20,000 bases of DNA from Proteromonas lacertae (lineage: Eukaryota), in NCBI GenBank assembly GCA_002245135.1, contig NGBS01000322.1, positions 58,824-78,823 on the forward strand. Direction: 5' to 3'. Below are positions 1 to 9,734 of the stretch, piece by piece. Numbering within the stretch: the first letter of the stretch is position 1; each line of letters starts with the position of its first letter. The notes under the pieces were generated by a model. It was not told the origin of the DNA and ran no database searches. It saw only the letters and a list, made by a program, of their open reading frames with translations. Position numbers and translations under genes: made by a program.

Positions 1-75
1 TATTATAATTAATTATATATCCATTCTATACATTAGTCATTTTATAATAGAAATTTGCAATTAGAGTTTAAAACT

Positions 76-2896
76 ATGAAGTCAAATAACCCATATGATA
101 CATCCGAACCAGAAAATAATAGTGGAAAGCCAGATCCATCTACAGCTAAACCAACAACAGTGGAAGATAACAATAGTGATTGGTCATCAAGCGATGAAGG
201 TGAACAAGGTGATCAAACCGTAGGAATAACCGATAATCAACTCAGATTGCTTTATTTAATATCATTATACACACATGGACAAAATCCAGATGAAAAAGAT
301 AGTTGGATTCGTAAACCAGCACTTATGGTAATTATTTATGAAGCAATATTAGCACAATTATTTGAATATGAATATGGACCAGCTTCAGAGTTAGTAGAAG
401 GTCACAGAGTTTTTTTCAATAAATCTCAAGAAGGATTATCAGATGTTGATTTCCTTCGTGAAGAGCAATACTTGAATGGTCTAAAAATGGCTACTAAATC
501 ATACACACCTATTACATGCTATCAAGTCTCTCCCAAAGGTTTAGAAGCAATCGCAACTCTCAAAAAAGCAGATCGTGAACCTGTTCATGAATTTGTATAT
601 GCACCAGGCACAAGGGAATTATTGTACGTAGAGTGGGAGGAAGATTCATTTTGGCTAAAGACAATCAATGGATCTTATAAGAAGAAATCCACTGTTACAG
701 ATATTGAAGAAGTGTCATACGTATCAAGTGCTTATATTCCACAATGTTTAAGACATGGTGGTAGACCTACATTAAGTAATGCACATAGAGCACATGAATC
801 AGGAGTAGGAAATCACCATGATACTATTCATCGTGAATTAGATGAAGTAATCACCTTAAATTCTGTTAGTATAATCGTTGCTGAATATATACCATTTGGT
901 GCAAATCAGATTGTACAAATGAATAGTAATTTAGGTTGTACAGAGAGAGTACAAGGTGGTTATTTCACCTCTGAAGTAGATACACATACTACAGGTACAA
1001 AATTAGAAATCCAACCTGGTTTGACCAGTATCGATATATTAGATTATTCATTAACCAAACATATCAATTTTGAAGCTGATATTCACTTACCTGTTGATAA
1101 AGGAATTACACAAATAGAGACATTAGGAGTGAGTATGAATGCATCAGGTGGATTATATTATGGTATGCAAATTGAAGCAATTATTGACAGAATTAAAGAT
1201 AATATTTCAATTAATCATTTATCAAGATTATTAACAGGAGTTCATATTGATAGTAGTCAGATTTTAGACACTGTATTATCATCTTGGCAAAGGAATTTAA
1301 TGGATTTAATATTCGTAGGAGATTCTTCACACAGAAATAAAGTCAATTTAATTATAGCCAATGAAATTACACCACATTTAACAGCTGAAGAATATATGGA
1401 TAAAAGTCAATATGAGAATTGCCTTAAACAAGTTATTGGTGAAACTCGAGCTGCATTTGATATATCTGAACATGATACGTTGATATTTGGTGAAAATGGA
1501 TTCATGGTAGCAGGACCGAACTCGCGACATCATGAACCATTATTATGTGCATATTTACAATTCAATGCAATGGATATATTCGTGAGGAATTATTTCAATA
1601 GAATGTTTTTGCTATTAGATGATATGAATAAGACAAGGACTTTATTGAATAGCAATTCAACCAGTTTAAGTTCATTAGCAACAATTAACGAACAAATGTC
1701 ATCTTTATATAAACAGATTATTATGATGGAAGAGATATTAGAATATATGGAAGAATCACTCGAAGTAATGTCAGTTCCAGCAGAACCACCAGCTCAAGCC
1801 GGTCGAGCTTTATATGAAAGATTGCAAATTAGTGATATGAAAAGTGAATTAAAAGTAAGAGTGAAAGATTTACATAAAACACTAGGTGGTGCAAGACATG
1901 AATTAGACGTATTACAACAAATGGCAAATACTATACGTCAAACTAAAGGATTTGAATTACAAGATGTTGTTAATTCAAATACACGAAATCTAATGGATTT
2001 AGAAGATAATAACAATAAGATCGTATTATCTTTGAAATTTTTGATTGGTCAAATTTCAGGCTTGTTTGTGTTTGCTTTATTAGATCATTTTATTGGGCCA
2101 AGTTGGACTTCATTAAATGGATATTTAGAATCATTAGATTTCCTAATAAGTGACACTCCTGTTTGGTTTATTATTAATATTGTTATTTTTATTTTAGTAA
2201 TGTTATTGCTATTATACTTATTAAGACATTATGAAAAGTCAATTGAAGGAACAGTTACATCTAACATCCGTATTATGGAGAAGTGTGATATGAATAAATT
2301 GAAGGAATATATCGCCAGTAAAGATACGAGAGATATAATCAGAGATTATGAAGGAAATGGAGGTACAGTAAGAGCAAGATGGTATGAGAATAATAAAGCC
2401 AATTGGGGAGGAACTAAACCACAAATTACATTGGAATATGATGAAACTAATGAGTTCTTAAGTCGGGCAAGTATTACTTTTAGTTCACATCAAGCCAATA
2501 AGAAGAGTAAATTTACAGCTCAAGAGATTAAAGATAAATTGTTTGAAGAATTGGAGAATAAAGGTATTTGGAAAGACAAGAATAAATCTACAGATAATAA
2601 AGATAATAAAGAAGAATCAGCTGCTGTTGCTGGAGGTAAAGATGATACTGGAAAAGCTGCTGCTGTTGTTGCTGGCAGTGGTAGTGGTGATAATAATAAA
2701 CCAAAAGATGAGAAGAAAGATGGAAATAATAATGCAACTACACCAGGTAATGCAGATTCTAAACCAGCTCCAGAATTAGAAAAGAAACCATCAACAAGTG
2801 CAAAAGTTGCTCCAGAACCTGAGAATAAAGAAGATGGAGGAGAGAAGAAGAATGAAGAAGAGAAGAATAATGAGAATAATAATGTTACTCCAGTAG

Positions 2897-2931
<35 letters not shown>

Positions 2932-2934
2932 TAA
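76..2934 (+). CDS. Uncharacterised ~952-aa membrane protein: putative wHTH N-terminal domain, long helical/coiled-coil region, two TM helices, low-complexity tail
   Basis: Uninterrupted 2.86-kb ORF. The first in-frame ATG is at 76 (the track uses TTG at 55). An upstream exon is possible because an acceptor-like ttttataatag ends at 50. Hydrophobic segments lie at ~2020-2097 and ~2158-2223. YQVSPKG resembles a wHTH wing motif. The tail is K/E/N-rich. Confidence 0.85.
2899..2931 (+). repeat. (AAT)11 microsatellite encoding the C-terminal poly-Asn
   Basis: Perfect AAT x11 directly before the TAA stop at 2932-2934. Confidence 0.95.
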
Positions 2935-3027
2935 TTTCATTTATTTTATCTTGTTGTTTAATGAAATTTATTTTCACTCAAATACAAAACTCTATATTAA
3001 AATCACAATATAAAACTACTTTTAAAT

Positions 3028-5224
3028 CTATTCTAATGGTTTAAAATATTCTAAATATCTCTTCTTAGATTTATTTTTAGTAGTAATAAATCCAGTTTCA
3101 AATACATCAACTATTTCTTCACCTCCATTCATCATTTTACCTAAATAACAATTATCAATTGCTTTTCTATTATCATAACTCAATTCCTTTAATTCTTCTT
3201 CATACACTTGTCTATAACTCATTACACTATCAACTGTTTCTATTTCATAAGTCCATTTACTGGCTTTTATATCATACTCCTTTCCTACTATTATAACTAC
3301 AGCTTCATCTGTTAGTGGGAAGTAATACTTTTTAATATCTCCAACTTCATATTTACTTTGAGGTTGTTTTTCCATCCTATTAAGAACATCCTTTACTGAA
3401 TTTGCTTCTTCTTCATTTCTATTTTGAAGTATACTTAGAAATTCCTCAATTCCTTTAACATCACTATCATCTAGATGTAATAAACTCTCTATATCACTCT
3501 TCTGCTTTGCTTCTGTAGGATATATTATTGAAGTTTCTACTGTTTTACTATATAAAGATATATATTAATTATATTATATATATATACAAATCAGTATTCT
3601 TATCAAATTCTTTTGTTACATTATCTATCTCTTCTTCATATAGTTTAAGCATTTTAGATGGAAGATATACAAAACCACGAAGTTTTAATAATCCTAATAA
3701 CTTTGTACAAAATTCCTCATATTTTTCATTTGGCTCAATAATCTTATGTTGCAATTCATATATCTTTTTCTCGATACTATTTCTCATTTTAGCTGCTTCA
3801 TTTGCTTCTTTTTCTTGTAAATATACGACATCCATTTTATGTTTAATACTCTTCCATCTTCCTGATAGTAATGACAATTCTTTTGTGATTTTTTCCCCAT
3901 CAATTTCATTTATTTCATATTTCCATATTCCTTTCACCATTGCTCCATAATAAATACATCCATATGCTATTGATTCATCCATATTTAATGTTCTTATCAA
4001 TAAATGATGAATCTCATTTTCTAATCTATTCTGAAACAACGGAATTCTTAATGATCCACCAATAATTACTACATCATAATAATTTTTTAAATCCTCTTTA
4101 TTACCTACAGTTTTTATCAATAATTCTATTAATTTGTCAGGTAAATCTTTTATTATTTCATTCAATTTTTCCACTGAAAATTCTCCAGAATAATCTTCAT
4201 CATCTTCTAATATCCCATCAACACTTATTTGAACAGCATCTGCACCAGCTGCTGATAATTTTTCTTTTATCTTTGATATCTCTATTCTTAATTTTATTAT
4301 ATCTTTTTCTGAAAATTTGTCTTTACCTTCTTCAGTTTTAATTTTTTCTTTAAAATAGTCAACTATTCTTTGATCAATAATTGATCCACTTATATCACAT
4401 CTACATTCTTTATTATTAATTGTACATTTACCTCTTTCATATACACAATTTACACAATAACAACAATAATAACCAATATCAATAATTACTATATTCTTCT
4501 TTCCATTAAAAGATGAATTATTTTCATATCCATACGCCACAGCAGCTGCTACATATTCTGGTATAACATGGACATCATCTATTTTAGGTATTGTTTCTAT
4601 ATCATCAAATATTTTATCTTTCTCATTATCACGATGAAATGATCGCTGAGCTATTGTTTTCAATGAAGTGATTTGCTCTTGAGTGTAATATGGTGGATAA
4701 GATAAAACATAAGTGTAATCTTCATACTTTATTTCGTCAGGATTGGTATGCCTTTCTTTCATTATTGCTTTAGCTTCATATAATAATGATGTATAAAAAT
4801 CCTCTGGTGTGTAGGTTAATAATTTATTGTGATAGACAGAATAATATTCTTTATCTTTACCATTTCCTGTTCTTTTGTGATAATTAAACTGCTCTGGTTT
4901 GACTATGTCATTTTTATCACAATTTTTAAATGAATCTTTGACTAGCTGTATAGTTGTTTTGTAATCTCTTATGCACTATACATAAATAAATATAATAGAT
5001 GAATAAATACTGATTTTTGAGCTGTTTGACCGAATAAATACTTGATGTTCTCAAAAACCTGAATAGTACTACCAATAAAATATTATTTAATTCATATACG
5101 GTATTAATCTCAAATCTGTACTTGTTCTTAACACATCACCAATAAAATTACTGTTCTTTATGATACCTCGAGTCAATACCATGTAGACTGCTCCAATATC
5201 CAACCCATATATTTCTTTTGACAT
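3028..5224 (-). CDS. Atypical Hsp110/Hsp70-superfamily protein, 696 aa, 4 exons
   Basis: Exons 5224-5100, 5068-5011, 4975-3588 and 3547-3028 join in frame through GTAT..TAG introns 5069-5099 (31 nt), 4976-5010 (35 nt) and 3548-3587 (40 nt). Actin-fold motifs are present: GLDIG, IIDIGY, IGGSLRIP and Hsp110-like TLNMDESIAYGC. The model merges track ORFs 3569..4762 and 3028..3375. Confidence 0.85.
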
Positions 5225-5341
5225 ATAAAGGACTGTTTAAAAAGTGTAGAATCAAAATATCAAAAAAATCAACTGTGATATTTTTTAATTTTTATTTGAA
5301 TTTTCTAAGCAAAAACACAAATGAAAAAACAATAAATTAAT

Positions 5342-5961
5342 TTATGCGAAACCAACCTTCTTAGTCCACTCATCCAATAATTTATTAAGATCTGTAGTTC
5401 TTTGATTATTCTAAAAAAGAGTGATTTATAAAAAACATACATCAGTTGAGCTAGTTATAATGGTTTTAATACTATTCAATAGATTTCCAACCTCAGTTCT
5501 CAATGTCTGCAACTGGGAATCATCTGAAGCAGTTTTAGACTATAAAACAAATTATATATAGATTCTAAATATACTTTTAACCTTCCTATTTCTCTTAATA
5601 ATTCTGTATATTTATTTGAAACAGCTTGTAAAGCAGTGTTTGTATCTTCAAGAATTGCCTATCATAAATAAGTATAAGTACAACATATATACTCTCAGTG
5701 CTATGTTTTTTGCTAAAAGATCAGATATTTTATTATTATTATTGGATTGTAATTCATTATTTGTATCAAATGGAGGTATATCTGGAAGTTTTGTAGAAGA
5801 TACCTTCTTACATAATTTCTAAACAATATATTACAAGCATATATACCTCAGAATTCTCTGTATCTTCAATAGAACATTGTATCTGTATCATCATACTATT
5901 ATGAATATATTTTCTATAAATAATACTCATTTATAACTTTATCTACTTCTATATCTTCCAT
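5342..5961 (-). CDS. SIKE/FGFR1OP2-like coiled-coil protein, 153 aa, 6 exons
   Basis: Exons 5961-5927, 5895-5847, 5818-5693, 5658-5575, 5539-5441 and 5410-5342. Five GTAT..TAG introns (31, 28, 34, 35, 30 nt) give a stop-free frame MEDIEVDKVIND...WTKKVGFA*. The core NKISDLLAKNIALRAILEDTNTALQAVSNKYTE matches the recalled SIKE-family pattern. Confidence 0.75.
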
Positions 5962-6035
5962 ATCTTTTATTTTGAGAAAAAAATATTTTAAAATAACAAG
6001 CCGAAATCAAGCTTACATTTCGCATAATCAATAAA
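5962..6035. promoter_or_regulatory. Putative 74-bp bidirectional promoter between the SIKE-like gene and UTP23
   Basis: Divergent ATGs at 5961 (-) and 6036 (+). The gap holds TTTCGC (+, 6018-6023) and TTTCGG (-, 6006-6001) in otherwise CpG-poor DNA. Confidence 0.55.
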
Positions 6036-6965
6036 ATGAGAGTTTTGAGAAATAAACATGTATTGAAATTATTTTATTCCATTATAGAACAGAAAAACAT
6101 TGTCATTTTATAAAATTAACTTCAATTTCAGAGAACCATTTCTTGTATTAATCGGTAAATCATCTAAATTATAGGTTCTATTAGATGGAAATTTCATACA
6201 CAAAGCATTGTCATTACATTTGCCAAATCCAATTGAAGATTTAATTCCAAAAATGCTTCAAGGTAAAGCCAATTTTGTTATAACTCATTGCATCAGAAAA
6301 GAATTAGAAACATTAGGAGTAGAAGTGGAAGAAGCATTTGAATATTCAAAGAATATAAAAAGAATTAAGTGTCACCATGACCCACCAATATCAGCTTATG
6401 AATGTTTATTGGATTTAGCAAGTATCTTTATCTTAATGTAATTTCAATAGACAAACAAACAAAAACTTCATCGGAAAAGTACTTTTTTGCTACTCAAGAT
6501 CCAAAACTTAAATCAAATATTAGACAAATTCCAGGAATTCCTTTAATATCGTTTAATCGTTCAGTTTTAGTATTAGATGCTCCATCACATCAAAATATGA
6601 AAGAATTAACCTCAGTTGAGACAGTGAAAAGAGGAATCTCTGAAAAAGAAAAAGAGGTGTTATATAATGAATATCATATATTACCAGATACAGATTCTAA
6701 ACCAATAAAAAGAAAACATAAACCACAAGGACCTAATCCATTATCCTGTTTAAAGAAAAAGAGAACAAATGAGAAAGAGAAAGAGAAATCAGAGAAAACA
6801 AATAAAGAGAGTGGAGATGAAGAAGATGAAGTAAAACATAAGAAAACAAGAAGAGGAAGAAAAAAACCAAAGAAGATCGATGAAAAGATTGATGAAAAAA
6901 TAGTAGCCGATGAAGAAGAGGGAGAGAAAGTAGAAGAAAAGAGTGATGAAGAAGATGATGAGTAA
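6036..6965 (+). CDS. UTP23: rRNA-processing PIN-domain protein UTP23 (Fcf1/Utp23 family), 280 aa, 4 exons
   Basis: Introns 6060-6087 (28 nt), 6145-6174 (30 nt) and 6422-6450 (29 nt). The spliced N-terminus is MRVLRNKHNRKTLSFYKINFNFREPFLVLLDGNF. Motifs ITHCIRKEL, CHH, ATQD, IPGIPL and the Utp23-type C-terminal GPNPLSCLKKK are present. Confidence 0.92.
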
Positions 6966-7118
6966 ATTTTGATATTATTTAATATATATATCTTCTGTTT
7001 TAGGTGTATATGTTCTATTTTTCATTATTTAAACCAATAATATTATCAAATGATATGTATATGAAGAAAAAAAGATTAAAATTACGAAAATAATTAAACT
7101 ATTCCTTTTCTTTATTTG

Positions 7119-7715
7119 TTAATCACGATGCGAGGCTGTTCTCTGTATATTGATCATCGAATAATCATCTTTAGACTGTATAATCACTGAATATGCTATA
7201 TAAAACATTGTGCCAAAAGCAAATAGGAATAATACAATCAATCCATTCTTTGTGTTATTTCTTACTACTTCTTTCCATTCATATCGAATATACATACTAT
7301 TATCTAGTGCATTTGGTGAATAAATATATTTGGTTTTGTATTTCATATCGATAATATCATTACCCATATAACTAAATGTAATTTCTAAAACATCTAGTTG
7401 ATTTCCTTGTGGATCAAATACTTTTATCCAAGGAGTTATAAAGCGATTATTGGCATATGCAAATGATATTTTATAATCTACAGATTTATCATAAGCTACA
7501 GAAGAGACATTTGGATTGAAAACTAATGTCTTTTGAACTGCAAACCTTGGAATTTGGTTTCTATTTACATCCAACCAATCTGTAGTTATCTAATTTGCAT
7601 AATTGATAAAATATACCGAGTTGTGCTTTATTCTCTTTAGAGTAGGTATAAAGTCACGCTTATTATAACTGTAACAACATTGAATTATTGATAAAATGAC
7701 TAGTAGTTTAATCAT
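7119..7715 (-). CDS. Signal-peptide plus C-terminal TM protein resembling the plant NPU family, 189 aa, 2 exons
   Basis: Exons 7715-7617 and 7589-7119 with a 27-nt intron at 7590-7616. Signal peptide MIKLLVILSIIQCCYS and TM GLIVLFLFAFGTMFYIAYSVII. Motifs T.W.D, PRFAV, YKISF, F.TPW, IRY.W.E and G..VLF match the recalled plant family. Confidence 0.75.
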
Positions 7716-7787
7716 CAAGAAAAATGCAAGAATAGAAAAAAATAAAACTTGGTTTGTCTACGAGCTTGATTAAATGTTTGATTCTAT

Positions 7788-7796
7788 TTTCGCGCC
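7788..7796 (+). promoter_or_regulatory. E2F-like site TTTCGCGCC in the 93-bp divergent intergenic region
   Basis: Matches the E2F consensus TTTSSCGC and ends 12 nt upstream of the SET-gene ATG at 7809. It carries two CpGs in very AT-rich DNA. Confidence 0.5.
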
Positions 7797-7808
7797 ATTC
7801 TTTAAAAA

Positions 7809-9644
7809 ATGAAAAGAAGACACAAAGAAACAAAAAATACATTATTTAAGTCATTTACAGAAAATAATTTAGTACATACAGACATTAGAGAAGCAAGGAG
7901 AGATAAGAAGCTCAAAACAATAGATTTAAGTAGTGACGTTCAAACTGAGAAAAGAAAATTAGAATTTTTAGTGGATAAAGATTCAGATGATAATTGTGGA
8001 TATACTTGTGGTATATGTCATCAAGCTCAGAATATCATTTCAGAAGATTTTCTGGATACTATGCTATGTTGTGAAGGAACATGTTTGAGAAGTTTCCATT
8101 TAAAATGTTTAAAACTTAAAGAAATACCAGAAGGAACTTGGAAATGTGAAGATTGTGCAAGTAACAGACATAGATGTTATAAATGTGGTGATTATGGTAT
8201 AGACACAACGGAAAGGAATGAAATGCCACATGAATATGTTAAAAAATGCAGTTTATCTAAATGTGGATTATACTTTCATTGGAGTTGTTTAAAATCAATT
8301 GTTACACCTTCTAAAAGATTCACGTTCAAATGTCCATGTCACGAATGTTGTGTATGTCATATAAAGAAAGCTGCTTCAAAGTATTTATTCAAATGTGAAT
8401 ACTGTATGAATACTTATCATGCCAATTGCATTCCTCCAAATTCAAAGTATAATGATGTGTGTTTATTATGTCCAATTCATGCTGAAGTTAATCAATTACC
8501 TCGTTTGTATGATGAAAAAGATCTAGATAAAACATTATCAGTTATTGGTGTTAATTTAGAATTGCCTATTCCAAATACTATCACTGGAAATTTAAAGACA
8601 TTCTGTTTGCCTTTTTCTATATATCATGATGTAAAATTTAATCTTCCTAAATATACACATATTTTTTGTATTTATATATTATAATTATTATAATTATTAT
8701 AGCTAATGAATGGATTCGTCCAAAGTATCGTGTACAAATGGATGGATCAAAATGTCAATGTGTTGGACATTGTGGAAAGAATTGTATTAATAGATGTACT
8801 AATGTATTATGTAAAGGAGTATAATAATAATAATAATATATATTGATAGTCTTTAAATAATTGCAATGTTGGTAAAGATTGTGGTAATAGACACTTTAAG
8901 CCTAAAAAATTGTATGAATCACTAACATTACACAAAGGATGGGGAGTAAAAGCAGGAGAAGATATAAAGAGTGGAGATTTTATTATAGAATATGTAGGTG
9001 AAGTAATAGATGATGATGAAGAAGAAAGAAGATTGAAAGAATATTATGGAAATAATGAAAAGAGTTTCTATATAATGCAGAGTGATAGTGATACTTATAT
9101 AGATGCTAGAAACAAAGGAAATATTAGTCGATTTATTAATCATAGTTGTGAACCAAACTGTATATTTCAGAAATGGTTAAGCAGTGATGGATATCATATG
9201 TATTTGTTTGCTTTAAAAGATATAAATAAAGGCGAAGAATTAAATTATGATTATCACTTCTTTACAAAAGAGAAAACGATTTGTCATTGTGGAAGTGTAA
9301 AATGTAGAGGATATTTAGGATCAAATTTAAGATCTGAATATTTAAAAGATAATAATATAGTTGTTGAAGAAAAAGAGAAAGGAAGTGGTAAAAGAGGAAG
9401 AAAACCAACAAAGAAACACCATCATACTAAGAAAGTGAGAAGTCCAAAGACAATTAATGTGAAATTAGATAATGATAGTGGAAGTAGCTCTATTAATAGT
9501 CCTAGTTCAAGCTCATTATCAAGTGAAGAGATTATTGGTGTTGACAAAGTGAAGGAGGTTGAAACTAAAGTGAATGAAGAAAAAATTGATAATAAAGAAG
9601 AAAAAGAGATGGAAGAAGAAGTATTAATAACTAATGGAAAGTAA
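7809..9644 (+). CDS. NSD/ASHR3-like histone H3K36 methyltransferase (PHD fingers, AWS, SET, post-SET), 589 aa, 3 exons
   Basis: Introns 8668-8702 (35 nt) and 8819-8849 (31 nt) join track ORFs 7809..8684 and 8910..9644 through an AWS exon (CQCVGHCGKNCINR...CNVGKDCGNR). About three PHD-type Cys/His clusters are present. SET motifs KGWGV, EYVGEVI, RFINHSCEPNC and ELNYDY are followed by post-SET CHCGSVKCRGYL. Confidence 0.92.
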
Positions 9645-9734
9645 ATTATTACTATTATGATGTAAATGTATATCAATTATTTGAATTAAGCTAATCCAAT
9701 AGAAAGAATGAAAAACATCATCATAACTATTTTT

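Noticed and set aside
2619..2675. Short duplicated GCTGCTGTTG(TTG)CTGG (AAVAG/AAAVVAG) as a repeat element or CRISPR-like unit
   Set aside because: Only two imperfect copies within a low-complexity coding tail, with no spacer array.
2239..2779. Track ORFs 2239..2424 (-) and 2543..2779 (+)
   Set aside because: Antisense or alternate-frame shadows inside the 76-2934 gene, with no recognisable motifs.
3528..5822. Track ORFs 3528..3950 (+) and 5616..5822 (+)
   Set aside because: Antisense to the Hsp110-like and SIKE-like genes, with TTG starts and composition typical of shadow ORFs.
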